Positions 46,355 to 58,788 of a DNA stretch of 64,000 bases are shown here, in pieces; position 1 is the first letter of the stretch, and every line of letters starts with the position of its first letter. The stretch lies in contig NIVC01001161.1 in assembly GCA_002269645.1 (NCBI GenBank), forward strand, positions 1 to 64,000, given 5' to 3'. A program made the translations under genes and the position numbers. The notes beneath the pieces were generated by a model. That model did not search any database and was not told the DNA's origin. It worked only from the letters and a program-made list of their open reading frames with translations. Source of the stretch: Macrostomum lignano (lineage: Eukaryota).

Positions 46355-47625
46355 AATCCTGATTTCTAATAGGCGATTTGTCTAATCTAGATTTCTAATA
46401 GGCGATTTGTCTAATCTAGATTTCTAATAGGCGATTTGTCTAATCTAGATTTCTAATAGGCGATTTGTCTAATCTAGATTTCTAATAGGCGATTTTTCTA
46501 ATCAAGATTTCTAATAGGCGATTTTTCTAATCAAGATTTCTAATAGGCGATTTGTCTAATCTAGATTTCTAATAGGCGATTTTTCTAATCAAGATTTCTA
46601 ATAGGCGATTTTTCTAATCAAGATTTCTAATAGGCGATTTGTCTAATCTAGATTTCTAATAGCCGATTTGTCTAATCTAGATTTCTAATAGGCGATTTTT
46701 CTAATCAAGATTTCTAATAGGCGATTTGTCTAATCTAGATTTCTAATAGGCGATTTTTCTAATCAAGATTTCTAATAGGCGATTTTTCTAATCTAGATTT
46801 CTAATCGCCGATTTGTCTAATCTAGATTTCTAATAGGCGATTTGTCTAATCTAGATTTCTAATAGGCGATTTGTCTAATCTAGATTTCTAATCGCCGATT
46901 TGTCTAATCTAGATTTCTAATCGCCGATTTGTCTAATCTAGATTTCTAATAGGCGATTTGTCTAATCTAGATTTCTAATAGGCGATTTGTCTAATCTCGA
47001 TTTCTAATAGGCGATTTGTCTAATCTAGATTTCTAATCGCCGATTTGTCTAATCTAGATTTCTAATCGCCGATTTGTCTAATCTAGATTTCTAATAGGCG
47101 ATTTTTCTAATCAAGATTTCTAATCGCCGATTTGTCTAATCTAGATTTCTAATAGGCGATTTGTCTAATCTAGATTTCTAATAGGCGATTTGTCTAATCT
47201 AGATTTCTAATAGGCGATTTTTCTAATCTAGATTTCTAATCGCCGATTTGTCTAATCTAGATTTCTAATAGGCGATTTGTCTAATCTAGATTTCTAATAG
47301 GCGATTTGTCTAATCTAGATTTCTAATAGCCGATTTGTCTAATCTCGATTTCTAATAGGCGATTTGTCTAATCTAGATTTCTAATAGGCGATTTGTCTAA
47401 TCTAGATTTCTAATCGCCGATTTGTCTAATCTAGATTTCTAATAGGCGATTTTTCTAATCTAGATTTCTAATAGCCGATTTGTCTAATCTCGATTTCTAA
47501 TAGGCGATTTGTCTAATCTAGATTTCTAATAGGCGATTTTTATAATCTAGATTTCTAATAGCCGATTTGTCTAATCTAGATTTCTAATAGGCGATTTTTA
47601 TAATCTAGATTTCTAATAGGCGATT
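46355..47625. repeat. 29-bp TTTCTAATAGGCGATTTGTCTAATCTAGA array just 3' of VPS50
   Basis: Period of 29 nt. Confidence 0.97.
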
Positions 47626-47762
47626 TTTCCCATCTGGATTTCTAAAAGAAGATTTTCTATACTTTTGGGCAATTTTAGCTACAACAGACAATAAACAGAA
47701 TCACTTGAGCAACATGAGATGGGATCTGTTCTGCTCTGCAAGCCAGATGCTACTCAATCGGG

Positions 47763-48644
47763 CTACTCGCCCACCGCCGCCGCAGCCAGAGCTCCCAGGC
47801 CGCCAGCCGGCAGGTCCAGCACGGCAAGCAGCCTCTGCCGGGTCTTCTTGCTCAGGTGAGCCAGGCAGGCCAGCAGCCCCGCCTTCTGCCTGGCCGTGTA
47901 CTCGCGCCTGTCCCTCAGCCAGTCGTGCAGCTCGCTCTCCGGCAGGTAATACGCCTTGATAAACTGGTCAACGTAGTCTTTGTGCGGCACCGGGCGGAGG
48001 CCCGACAGCCGCTCGGCGCCGACCAGATAGTGCTGAAAGTCCAGCTGCATCAGGGCTCGGCCTTCGTTTGAGCAGCGCCTGGCGGCTGAGAAGCCTTCGA
48101 CAAGGCACTGGCTGGCGATGAGCAGGGCGTAGTGCCACAGCCGGTTGGCCCAGTCGCCTGGCAGGCTGTTGGACAGCAGGGCCGCCGCTCTGTCCAGACA
48201 GTCGCCGAACTTGGCCAGCTCGCATAGCAACAGGTCAACATAGCCGCTGTGCTCGGACAGGATCTCCCTGACGTCCCAGTTCACCTGCGGCTGGGCCATG
48301 CCGGCCTGCACCGGCTCCAGGCGGAGGCCCGTAGCGGCCACGGCGCACGCGGCTGGAGCGCGAAGGTCGGGCACCGCTGACAGAGTGTGCGACACGAATG
48401 CCGCCAGGAAGGGGCGCTTCTCGTGCGGCAGCTGCGACTCCAGGTAGGGGACTAGCAGGGACTCGACCTGCTGGGCCAGGTACACTGTGGACTCCACCGA
48501 CACGATTCTGGCGGCCAGGCGTGCGGGCTGCTGGCCCGGGTGTCGCGGCTGGGCCGACACCGCGTCCTGGCGGGTTGGCTGGGGCCGCGCTGGAAGCAGA
48601 AAGCGCTCCTGCGGCGGGGACATTGGGGGGGGGGCAGACGGCGG
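47763..48644 (-). CDS. VPS50: VPS50 (syndetin, EARP complex) terminal exon
   Basis: CSNEGRALMQLDFQ, RPVPHKDYVDQFIKAYYLPE and KKTRQRLL match the VPS50 C-terminus; ACAG acceptor, 882 nt to TAG. Confidence 0.95.
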   Translation of the reverse strand, partial: PPSAPPPMSPPQERFLLPARPQPTRQDAVSAQPRHPGQQPARLAARIVSVESTVYLAQQVESLLVPYLESQLPHEKRPFLAAFVSHTLSAVPDLRAPAACAVAATGLRLEPVQAGMAQPQVNWDVREILSEHSGYVDLLLCELAKFGDCLDRAAALLSNSLPGDWANRLWHYALLIASQCLVEGFSAARRCSNEGRALMQLDFQHYLVGAERLSGLRPVPHKDYVDQFIKAYYLPESELHDWLRDRREYTARQKAGLLACLAHLSKKTRQRLLAVLDLPAGGLGALAAAAVGE

Positions 48645-48705
48645 CTGTGCGGGTTTTGCAGATTCTCATGTTTTGCTGGGGATTCTGCTACGCTTGGGGA
48701 AAGCA

Positions 48706-49706
48706 TGCCTGAAGCAGACACCTGAAGGATACACCTGAAGCATACAGACACCTGATGGACAGACACCTGAAGCAGACAGACACCTGAAGCATACAGACAC
48801 CTGAAGCAGACAGACACCTGAAGCAGACAGACACCTGAAGCAGACAGACACCTGAAGCAGACAGACACCTGAAGCATACAGACACCTGAAGCAGACAGAC
48901 ACCTGAAGCATACAGACACCTGAAGCAGACAGACACCTGAAGCATACAGACACCTGAAGCATACAGACACCTGAAGCATATAGACACCTGAAGCATATAG
49001 ACACCTGAAGCATACAGATACCTGAAGGATACAGACACTTGGAGTACAGATTCACTTGAAGGATAAAAACCCAAAAGAAATGAAATTTTCCCTACGGCAA
49101 GCAAGCAGAAGCCAGTTACAAAGACACACACGGCAAGCAGAAGCCAGTTACAAAGACACACACGGCAAGCAGAAGCCAGTTACAAAGACACACACGGCAA
49201 GCAGAAGCCAGTTACAAAGACACACACGGCAAGCAGAAGCCAGTTACAAAGACACACACGGCAACCAGAAGCCAGTTACAAAGACACACACGGCAAGCAG
49301 AAGCCAGTTACAAAGACACAAACACACGGCAAGCAGAAGCCAGTTACAAAGACACACACGGCAAGCAGAAGCCAGTTACACAAGACACACACGGCAAGCA
49401 GAAGCCAGTTACAAAGACACAAACACACGGCAAGCAGAAGCCAGTTACACAAGACACACACGGCAAGCAGAAGCCAGTTACAAAGACACACACGGCAAGC
49501 AGAAGCCAGTTACACAAGACACACACGGCAAGCAGAAGCCAGTTACAAAGACACACACGGCAAGCAGAAGCCAGTTACAAAGACACACACGGCAAGCAGA
49601 AGCCAGTTACAAAGACACACACGGCAAGCAGAAGCCAGTTACAAAGACACACACGGCAAGCAGAAGCCAGTTACAAAGACACACACGGCAAGCAGAAGCC
49701 AGTTAC
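48706..49706. repeat. Two arrays in the last VPS50 intron: 17-bp CACCTGAAGCAGACAGA (48706-49035) and 32-bp AAGCCAGTTACAAAGACACACACGGCAAGCAG (49095-49706)
   Basis: Direct inspection. Confidence 0.95.
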
Positions 49707-49721
49707 TAAACCATGGCTCAC

Positions 49722-49877
49722 AGACTGCACAGCAGCGGACACAACAGTAGAAGGCGATGCGCTGGCAGAGGCTGTGTGGCCGTCCTCCTCAAGCCTGGCG
49801 TGCTGGATGAGCTGGTCTCCGATGCGCAGCAGGCAGTTGCTCAGCTTGGAGGTCAGGCAGCTCTGCGCCAGTTCAAT
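49722..49877 (-). CDS. VPS50: VPS50 exon (IELAQSCLTSKLSNCLLRIGDQLIQ...)
   Basis: GCAG acceptor, GTGAGC donor, 156 nt, phase 0-0; resembles LSSSRLRTTLNRIQESL. Confidence 0.8.
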
Positions 49878-49929
49878 CTGCATTGGGGCGGCCATTCAGT
49901 GCGTGTTTGCTTCAACTCCTGCTTACGAG

Positions 49930-51796
49930 GGATGAGAGAAGAGAGAAGAGTATCTGATAGAGTAAAGAATGAAAGATAAGATGATCGATGAGAGAAAAAT
50001 AAGATGAAAGGAGAGGAGATGTGGAGAGAAGATGAGAGATGAGGCGAGGAGAGATGAGAGGAAATGAGATGGGGAGAGAAGATGAGAGGAGAAGAGAGGA
50101 GATGGGATGGGAGATGAGATAAGGAGAGAAGATGACAGGAGAGGAGATGAGCTGATGAGAGATGAGATGGGGAGAGAAGACAAGAGGAGAGGAGAGAAAA
50201 AGAGGAGACGATAGCAGATGAGAGAAGACGAGAGGAGAGGGGAAATGAGGAGAGGAGAGATGAGATGAGAGAAGAGGAAAGGAGAGAGGAGAGTAAAGGA
50301 GATGAGATGAGAGGGGATGGGGACAGTTGAGAGAAGAGAAGAGAAGAGGGAAAGAGATGAGAGAGAAGAGAGAAAAGGGAGAGGAGAAGAGATAGAGAGA
50401 AGAGAAGAGGAGAGGAGAAGAGAAGAGATGAGAGGAAATGAGCAGAAGAGAGGAGAAGAGATGAGAGAGAAGAGGAGAGGAAAAGAGATGAGAGAGAAGA
50501 GAGAAAAGGGAGAGGAGAAGAGATAAAGAGAAGAGAAGAGAAGAGAAGATGAGAGGGGAAGAGATGAGAGAGAAGAGAAGAGGAGAGGAGAAGAGATGAG
50601 AGGAAAGGAAAGAAGATGAGAGGAAATGAGGAGAGGAGAGGAGAAGAGATGAGAGAAAAGAGGAGAGGAGAAGAGATGAGAGAGAAGAGGAGAGGGGAAG
50701 AGATGAGAGAGAAGAGAAGAGGAGAGGAGAAGAGATGAGAGGAAAGGAAAGAAGATGAGAGGAAATGAGGAGAGGAGAGGAGAAGAGATGAGAGAGGAGG
50801 AGAGGAGAAGAGATAAGAGAGAAGAGGAGAGGAGAAGAGATGAGAGAGAAGAGGAGAGGAGAAGAGATGAGATGAGAGGAGAGGAGAAGAGATGAGAGGA
50901 GAGGAGAGGAGAGGAGAAGAGATGAGAGAGAAGAGGAGAGGGGAAGAGATGAGAGAGAAGAGGAGAGGAGAAGAGATGAGAGGAAAGGAAAGAAGATGAG
51001 AGGAAATGAGGAGAGGAGAGGAGAAGAGATGATAGAGAAGAGGAGAGGAGAAGAGATGGATAGGGGCACGGGAAAAGCATCGGCAGCTCAGAGGGCACAA
51101 CCAGGAAGTCATGAAGCGCCGGAACCCCAAAGCTCGCAAAAGAAGCAGATAGGTGTTACAATCGGTGAGGCCAGGAACTGTAAGCCAAGGTCACAGGTGT
51201 TGGCAGAGCATGAATAATAGCGGTCGCAGTAGGCAGTGCGTAAGAGCGGGCACTAAGCAGGGCTCAAGAGGGAAGGAAATTGCATAGCAGAATAGATATT
51301 AACCAGCCCAACACCCCAGCTGCTTGCAATATGGGTGGGATCTCTCCCGCGGCAAAGGCGGCGGGGATTGAATACCTCAAGTCCAAGACACTCCATCGCC
51401 AGTCATTCCGCAACTGCCGCCGCAGCGCCCCCGGGGCTGTCCCTAACAACCAATGATGTCTGAGGCGTGCCGGCCGACAGCCTCATTCCCCATCTATCAG
51501 CGGAGTCGGGCTGGTTAATTAAGAAATTTTTCCCCAGTACAAGTCGCGCCAAGCCAAAAGCATCATAGATATTGCTTAGATCCTCAGGTACGGCTCTCGC
51601 TATTTATCTCCGCCTGCCCCATCCATCTTCTCACCCAGCAGCAGAAGCCGGGTGTTCCAGCAGGACAGTCAGAGCCAGCAGCAGTGCGGCTTACTAATGA
51701 ACTGCTCTTGCCGCTTGTCACAGCTGATATTCGTATCCCAGCTGAGTGCTCAGCCAGTGGGATTAGCTCTGATCTGCATTACTGTGTTTTTATGTT

Positions 51797-51857
<61 letters not shown>

Positions 51858-51934
51858 GTGTCTGTCTGTCTGTCTGTCTGTCTGTGTGTCTGGGTGTCTG
51901 TCTGTCTGTCTGTCTGTGTGTCTGTCTGTCTGTG

Positions 51935-51967
<33 letters not shown>

Positions 51968-51970
51968 GCC

Positions 51971-52003
<33 letters not shown>

Positions 52004-52004
52004 T

Positions 52005-52035
<31 letters not shown>
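49930..52035. repeat. GA-rich low-complexity tract (49930-51060) and (TCTG)n (51800-52035) in a VPS50 intron
   Basis: Direct inspection. Confidence 0.95.
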
Positions 52036-52039
<4 letters not shown>

Positions 52040-52097
52040 GAACCCAGCAGCCTAACCAATGACCAATTCCAGCCCTCAAAGCGTGCGCCAGGCTTAC

Positions 52098-52571
52098 ATT
52101 ATCCCTAGCGTAGAACCAGTACACAGTGTAGATGTAGTACTCGGCGAGCTGAGTCATACGCAGCGCCACATCGAAGGCGATGGGCTTGAGCAGGTGAATC
52201 ATCTGGGTGTAGCGGCCCAGCAGCCGCAGCACCTCTAGCAGGGTGTTGGTGATCAGCGGCCCGGCCGATGCGGGCCTTGGCTGCCGATGCAGCTGCGAGG
52301 TCACGGACTCGATTCCCGCGGATGCTCGACCGCCGTTAGCGACAGCCGCCGACACTGAGGGCGAGTTCAGGCGCGACGAAGAGTTGGAAGGTGGAGCGGC
52401 AGCGGCGGAGGAGGCTGAGGTCACGATGACTGGTCGTCCCGTGTCCTCATCGATGTGGTGCGCCCGCAGCAGCTGGTCGTTGTCCTCATCTTCGGCCTCT
52501 TCGCTGTCGGCGGAGGACCGCCGCTTCGCCTGCTGATTCGAGCCGTCGCCGTTGTTTGATATCGCGGCGTC
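52098..52571 (-). CDS. VPS50: VPS50 exon (...IDEDTG...PLITNTLLEVLRLLGRYTQMIHLLKPIAFDV...)
   Basis: TTTCAG acceptor, GTAAGC donor, 474 nt; LKPIAFDV motif. Confidence 0.92.
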
Positions 52572-52586
52572 CTGAAAGAGTTCGGT

Positions 52587-52955
52587 TGGTTGCTATGGGG
52601 AATTGCTCTGGTTGCTATGGGGAATCGCCCTGGTTTGTATGGGAAATCGCGGGTTGCTATGGGGAATCGCTCTGGTTGCTATGGGGAATCGCCCTGGTTT
52701 GTATGGGAAATTGCTGGTTGCTATGGGGAATCGCTCTGGTTGCTATGGGAATCGGTCTGGTTGCTTTGGTGAATCTCTGGTTGCTATGGGGAATCGCTCT
52801 TGTTGCTATGGGGAATCGCTCTCGTTGCTATGGGGAATCGCTCTGGTTGCTATGTGAAATTGCTAGTTGCTATGGAGAATCTCTGGTTGCTATGCGAAAT
52901 CGCTAGTTGCTGTGTGGAATCCTTAGTTGCTATGGCGAATCCCTGGTTGCTATGG
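52587..52955. repeat. 22-bp GGTTGCTATGGGGAATCGCTCT array
   Basis: Direct inspection. Confidence 0.9.
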
Positions 52956-53064
52956 CGAACGTAATTATCGTTTTTTAGCCTCTGTGTTTGTGTTAATATT
53001 GTAAAGAGGTTGCGAAGCTGGTTGCCAAGGCATTTCTACTGGTTGCCATGTAGACAAGCCTCAC

Positions 53065-53763
53065 CGGAGTGGCAAAGAAATCTTCCACGCAATTTTCTTC
53101 CGTGGTAAACTCGAACGGATTTTCGTCCAGCCGATCGAAAAACGTTGTAGAAGAGGAACCGGAAGCGGTGTCGGAAATCTCCCCGGAAGCGGAAGTGGAA
53201 TTCAACTGCCTGAGACGGGCAGCCTGCAGCAGACGCGAACGGAACGGCGCAAACTCGTGCAGGTCAGCCAGGGAGAAGCTGGACTTCACGGGCACCGGCT
53301 GCCAGGCCTCGTTCTCCAGAAACATCCGCAGCGTCTCCATGCGGCCGCTGTGATAGGCGCGGAAGAAGGCCAGGATCTGCTTGCGAATGGACTCCTGCAG
53401 AGCCGGCGAGGCCGCGCCGCAGAACTCCTGGCCGACGGACACCAGCCGATTGACCAGGTGCAGCATTCGGATGGCGTGCTCGAACCGCAGCTCTCGGTGC
53501 AAGCTGGCGCCGCCCGCGGACTGCAGGTAGATGCGGATTTTGCTCTGCACGTCTTGCCACAGCTTGCCGGGAGCTTGGGCCAGCTTCTGGGTCAGGTAGG
53601 CCGCCGCTGAAGAGGACAACTGCTGCTGCTGCTGGTCAGTAGAGGCGCTGCTCGCATTGCTGGCGTGGTGGTACTGCAGTACCTGGTAGAAGTTCTTCAA
53701 GATCTCCCACACCGATTTGCACAGATCGGAGAGGCAGGGAAGGTACAGCTCGGGCGGCAGTTG
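53065..53763 (-). CDS. VPS50: VPS50 exon (YLPCLSDLCK...LQESIRKQ...LRMFLENEAWQPVPVKSSFS)
   Basis: ACAG acceptor, GTGAGG donor, 699 nt, phase 0-0. Confidence 0.95.
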
Positions 53764-53859
53764 CTGTGGGAGATTCGAGAGATGGAGTTTTCGTGGAATT
53801 TGCATTCTTGATGGGCTGGCTCCAAAAAAATGAATTTTAGGATCTCTCATCAAGGGAAC

Positions 53860-54735
53860 CCGATTTTTGGGATCTCGAATCGGGGATCTTCAATCTGGAT
53901 CCCGATTTGAGGATCTTGAATCTGGATCCCGATTTGGGGATCTTCAATCTGGGATCCCGATTTGGGGATCTTCAATCTGGGATCCCGATTTGGGGATCTA
54001 GAATGTGGAATCTCGAATTGGGGATCTTGAATCTGGGATCCCGATTTGGGGATCTTCAATCTGGGATCCTGATTTGGGGATCTCGAGTCTGGATCCCGAT
54101 TTAGGGATCTCGAATCTGGATCCCGTTTGGGGATCTCGAATCTGGATCCCGATTTGGGGATCTTCAATCGGGGATCCCGATTTGGGGATCTAGAATGTGG
54201 AATCTCGAATTGGGGATCTTGAATCTGGATCCCGATTTGAGGATCTTGAATCTGGATCCCGATTTGGGGATCTTCAATCTGGGATCCCGATTTGGGGATC
54301 TTCAATCTGGGATCCTGATTTGGGGATCTCGAGTCTGGATCCCGATTTAGGGATATCGAATCTGGATCCCGATTTGGGGATTTCGAATCTGAATCCCGAT
54401 TTGGGGATCTTCAATCTGGGATCCCGATTTGGGGATCTAGAATGTGGAATCTCGAATTGGGGATCTTGAATCTGGGATCCCGATTTGGGGATCTCCAATC
54501 TGGATCCCGATTTGGGGATCTTTAATCTGGGATCCCGATTTAGGGATCTTCAATCTGGGATCCTGATTTGGGGATCTCGAGTCTGGATCCCGTTTGGGGA
54601 TCTCGAATCTGGATCCCGATTTGGGGATCTTCAATCGGGGATCCCGATTTGGGGATCTAGAATGTGGAATCTCGAATTGGGGATCTTGAATCTGGGATCC
54701 CGATTCGGGGATCTTCAATCTGGGATCCCGACTTA
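53860..54735. repeat. 20-21 bp GGGATCCCGATTTGGGGATCT-type array
   Basis: Direct inspection. Confidence 0.93.
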
Positions 54736-54821
54736 GGGACTTTTAAGAATACTGAATTCGGTAACCTTGACGTTTTAAATCTGGGATTCTGATTTGGGCA
54801 TTGAGCAAACCCACAACTCAC

Positions 54822-54981
54822 CGAGCACAGGTGCTGATACTGCTGTCTCTGGAAGTTCTCAGCCGTGGTAGAGCTGCCCAGCTGAGTATAGCCCAGTACA
54901 ATTTGAAAGGCGGCATTGTGCAGCGTGCTGGTAAAGTGCATGTGCAACTGGTCGAATGCCGACTGTGATTTCCCGAGTAAA
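54822..54981 (-). CDS. VPS50: VPS50 exon (LLGKSQSAFDQLHMHF...YQHLCS)
   Basis: GCAG acceptor, GTGAGT donor, phase 2-0; DQLHMHF motif. Confidence 0.92.
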
Positions 54982-55189
54982 CTGCAGTTCAATTGTTTAA
55001 GAGCAACATTTTATCCTTTTAACTCTACTGCAAGTAGAAAGTAAGATACTTTTAAACATGCAATCCTCATTTATAGCCAGACATATTAGGAACCCAACAC
55101 TCTAGAACTCGCTATCTGATACAACTTGCAGTAACACGACGTAAAGCTGACGAATTTATGGAAATTAATCTTCTTTCCAGGTTCTCTCA

Positions 55190-55537
55190 GAGCTACACCC
55201 TCTGAGCTGCACCCTATCTCGCACCCTCTCTGAGCTACACCCTCTCTGAGCTGCACCCTCTCTGAGTTACACCTCTCTGAGTTACACCCTCTCTGAGTTA
55301 CACCCTCTCTGAGTTACACCCTCTCTGAATTACACCGAGCTACACCCTCTCTGAGTTACACCCTCTCTGAGTTACACCCTCTCTGAGTTACACCCTCTCT
55401 GAGTTACACCCTCTCTGAGTTACACCCTCTGAGAGCTACACCCTCTCTGAGTTACACCCTCTGAGAGCTACACCCTCTCTGAGTTACACCCTCTCTGAAT
55501 TACACCCTTTCAGAGCTACACCTTCTCTGAGTTATAC
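55190..55537. repeat. 16-bp GAGTTACACCCTCTCT array
   Basis: Period of 16 nt. Confidence 0.93.
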
Positions 55538-55552
55538 CCAAGCTGGTCTCAC

Positions 55553-55921
55553 CTGTAGGCCTTCTGAATCCGGTCATAGAGGGTGTAGTTGAAGCCGCTG
55601 GCAGCCATGCGGCACATGGCCTGGTCCAAGCTCTCCTCCGTCATCACCACGGTGTCCTGCAACTTGGCGGCGAGCTCCTTGACGCAGGCCAAGCCGCGGT
55701 ACATGGGCAGAGCAGCCGCTTTCTGGCACTCCTGGCACAGCTGAATTGCTGCGGCGAAATTCTCCTCTTCTAAGAGATCTTTCAGCCGCTTGTCGGCGTT
55801 GCACAGGGCGCGGGTCTGGCCGAGGGTCGCCTCCAGCGACTGCAGGCGGTGCTGACGGCGGCGGCAGAGGAGCACCTTGATCGAAGAGTGCAGGTTTGTG
55901 TGGGCCGCGGTGCGGAGCGAC
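55553..55921 (-). CDS. VPS50: VPS50 exon (...LLEEENFAAAIQLCQECQKAA...KLQDT...IQKAY)
   Basis: CCAG acceptor, GTGAGA donor, phase 2-2. Confidence 0.92.
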
Positions 55922-56049
55922 CTGGGGCGGGAATTTATTTTATGGAGAGGAAGTGAAGTCGGAGCACATACGGTGCAAACTAAGATTGAGAAGCCGGAAC
56001 ACGTCGAAACAAAGAGTCACAGTCCAAATTAATGTACGCGGAAACAAGG

Positions 56050-56540
56050 AGAGTCAGACCCAAATATCATCAGGCAGGAACAAAGACTCACACAGACACA
56101 AATATCATCAGGCAGGAACAAAGACTCACACAGACACAAATCTCATCAGGCAGGAACATAGACTCACACAGACCCAAATCTCATCAGACAGGAACAAAGA
56201 CTCACACAGACCCAAATCTCATCAGACAGGAACAAAGACTCACACAGACCCAAATCTCATCAGACAGGAACAAAGACTCACACAGACACAAACCTTATCA
56301 GATAGGAACAAAGACTCACACAGACACAAATCTCATCAGATAGGAACAAAGACTCACACAGACACAAACCTCATCAGACAGGAACAAAGACCCACACAGA
56401 CACAAACCTCATCAGACAGGAACAAAGACTCACACAGACACAAATCTCATCAGACAGGAACAAAGACCCACACAGACACAAACCTCATCAGACAGGAACA
56501 AAGACTCACAGACACAAATCTCATCAGACAGGAACAAAGA
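56050..56540. repeat. 38-bp GACTCACACAGACCCAAATCTCATCAGACAGGAACAAA array
   Basis: Period of 38 nt. Confidence 0.95.
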
Positions 56541-56558
56541 CTAACGGCTGAAACTCAC

Positions 56559-56764
56559 ATTCTCGCAGCTTTAGAGATCTTGAACGCTTCAAGCAGCGAC
56601 CTCTGCAGCTGCATGACCCGCTGCAGCTCCTGAGCATAGTCCGGATGCTTCTGTAGCACCAGCTCGGAGACTCGCTTGGCCACAGCCTTGTGCTGCCGCT
56701 TCAACTGTTCCACCCTCTGGCGCATCCCTTCAGCATCCATTGAATCCGATGCTTCGAGAAATTT
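56559..56764 (-). CDS. VPS50: VPS50 exon (KFLEASD...LKRQHKAVAKRVSELVLQKHPDYAQELQRV)
   Basis: TTAG acceptor, GTGAGT donor, phase 0-2. Confidence 0.9.
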
Positions 56765-56924
56765 CTAATTTAAACAAGATGAAACAATCAAAATTAAAAA
56801 GGACAGACTACAAACAGCAATAAAGTACGGGTCTAAGGCAATAGGTCTTATGTAGATTGCAATGTAGATAATTATTTAAAAGGGGGAATTGGCGCAGGTT
56901 TTTTGGGGTGTGTTTAAGCTATTC

Positions 56925-57215
56925 TTAAAGGGAATTGGGGCATTCTTAAGGGAATCGGGATGTTCTTAAGGGAATTGGGGCATTCTTAAGGGAATCGGGA
57001 TGTTCTTAAGGGAAAGGGAATTGGGGTATTCTTAAGGGAATCGGGATGTTCTTAAGGGAATTGGGGCATTCTTAAGGGAATCGGGGTATTTTTAAGGGAA
57101 TTGGGGTATTCTTAACGAAATTTTTAACGGAAACGGGATGTTCTTAAGGGAATCGGGGTATTCTTAAACGGCATTGGGGAATTCCTAGGGGGCATCGGGG
57201 TATTCTTAAGGGGCA
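56925..57215. repeat. 18-19 bp TTCTTAAGGGAATCGGG-type array
   Basis: Direct inspection. Confidence 0.85.
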
Positions 57216-58162
57216 TTGGGACGGGGGATTAATTTCTTGCTGCGTCAGAACGGAGCAACGCAGTCACACGAAATGCAAGAACACGGGCCAACTTTTTGTT
57301 GCGCACCTTCTCAAACAAGAATCAAGTCGCCAGCCCTCTCGACCGTCAAGATATTCAACGATTCTGCCAGAAGGTCATAAGCTAGTATATTCAATACACC
57401 CCTGCGCCAATCAGCACTGCGCCTCAGTGCAGCCTTGCCAAGCCCCTAAATTTCATCAGCACGTCGACCACATGTGTCTGCACCAGCTCTGACTTCGTTG
57501 GTCATTGATCTTCACCCAGTCGGAGCTTTTGGACCTTCAACAGAAATTTTCTAGTTTTGCTGATCAGACCTCGACAGTGAGCAAACCGCAACTGCCGGAT
57601 CCCGACGCTGTCGGCTCCTCCAACGGGTGACACTAGGCGACTGAGTCTCTCAAGGATTTAGTCACCACCCCGACACTGTAGCCTGTTAATTTTAATTACA
57701 ACCATCTTTATGCGCAAAGATGGCTTGATGAAATACCTCGAGTGTCCATAGTCATCTACGAGTAGGCGCCACCCGTTGAAGGTCCTGACAGCGTCGGGGT
57801 GATGACGGAATGCTTGGGAGACTAGTTGAGGATCCCTACCAGTTGAAGTTTGCCCAGTGTGGAGGCTTGATCAGCGAAACTAGAGAAATGTACAATAGGG
57901 TGTCCATAGTCACCTGGTGCCAACTGTTGAGAAGTTCAGAAGCTCGGCCTGGGTGAAGGCCAGTGACCGAAGGAGTCAGAGCTGATGCAGGCACATGTGG
58001 TCGACGTGCTGATGAAATTTGGAGGTTCGGCAGAGCCGCACTGAGGCGCAGTGCTGATTGGAATTTTACTGATTCTGAATGCCGCATGACACTGGGATTC
58101 TGACGCATAAAAAAGGCAACCCGCAGCAGGAAAGAGTCAGCAAGAAAGCGCTGGAAACTGAC

Positions 58163-58282
58163 CAAAATCTCTCTCCGACTGGCATCTTCATCCGCTGAAA
58201 AGTACACCTGATCGATGCTGTCAATCAGCTCGCGCTCAAAAGCCGGATCATGCGTGAACATGCCGAGCTGAGAATGGGCCTG
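58163..58282 (-). CDS. VPS50: VPS50 5' exon (...MFTHDPAFERELIDSIDQVYFS...REIL)
   Basis: Matches DP..E.ELI.SI.QVYFS; GTCAGT donor, phase 0; acceptor at 58282 or 58279 (NAGNAG); true start codon uncertain. Confidence 0.85.
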
Positions 58283-58373
58283 CTGAGTAAGGGATTCAGT
58301 AATATTACAGTAATCAGGCAATATCAATATAATAGATTGAAGTTGCAAGCTCAACAACAGCTCCAATACAAAC

Positions 58374-58469
58374 CTGATATCTTGCCACAGCGGGATCGCT
58401 AATCATTGTTGAAAGATTTAACGAAGCGGCTCCCTGGCCATCCAATGCACTGTGGTTGCTTTTGCGAAC
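58374..58469 (-). CDS. Possible extra 5' exon of VPS50 (VRKSNHSALDG...MISDPAVARYQ), or last exon of an upstream gene
   Basis: TTCCAAG acceptor, GTTTGT donor, 96 nt open in phase 0; no recognisable homology. Confidence 0.4.
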
Positions 58470-58788
58470 CTTGGAAAAAGTGAAAATAAACAAATCAACT
58501 TCGGTGAGTTTCAAAAGCAATATTCAGCAAAAAATGTAATGCTCTTAAATTTAATTTAAATTTAACTCACTTGTAAACCTCAAATCTAAAAGAATAATTT
58601 CCCTTGACAATCTAGGCTATGAATATGAGGGCTGTGTCATTAAGTTTAGCTAACAAATACTGGTAGCTTCATGCCACAAGGCACCAATAAAATTTCATTT
58701 TATAAGCTTATAGACTTCGAATGGATGCAGAATTCAAAGATGGCTAAGGCTCCATTGAAGATATTGCATATAATAGTGCTGCACGTGC

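Noticed and set aside
51633-51775. Possible extra VPS50 exon with a GTGAG donor
   Set aside because: The available acceptors give stops or the wrong phase; the flanking exons already join in frame with a length matching known VPS50.
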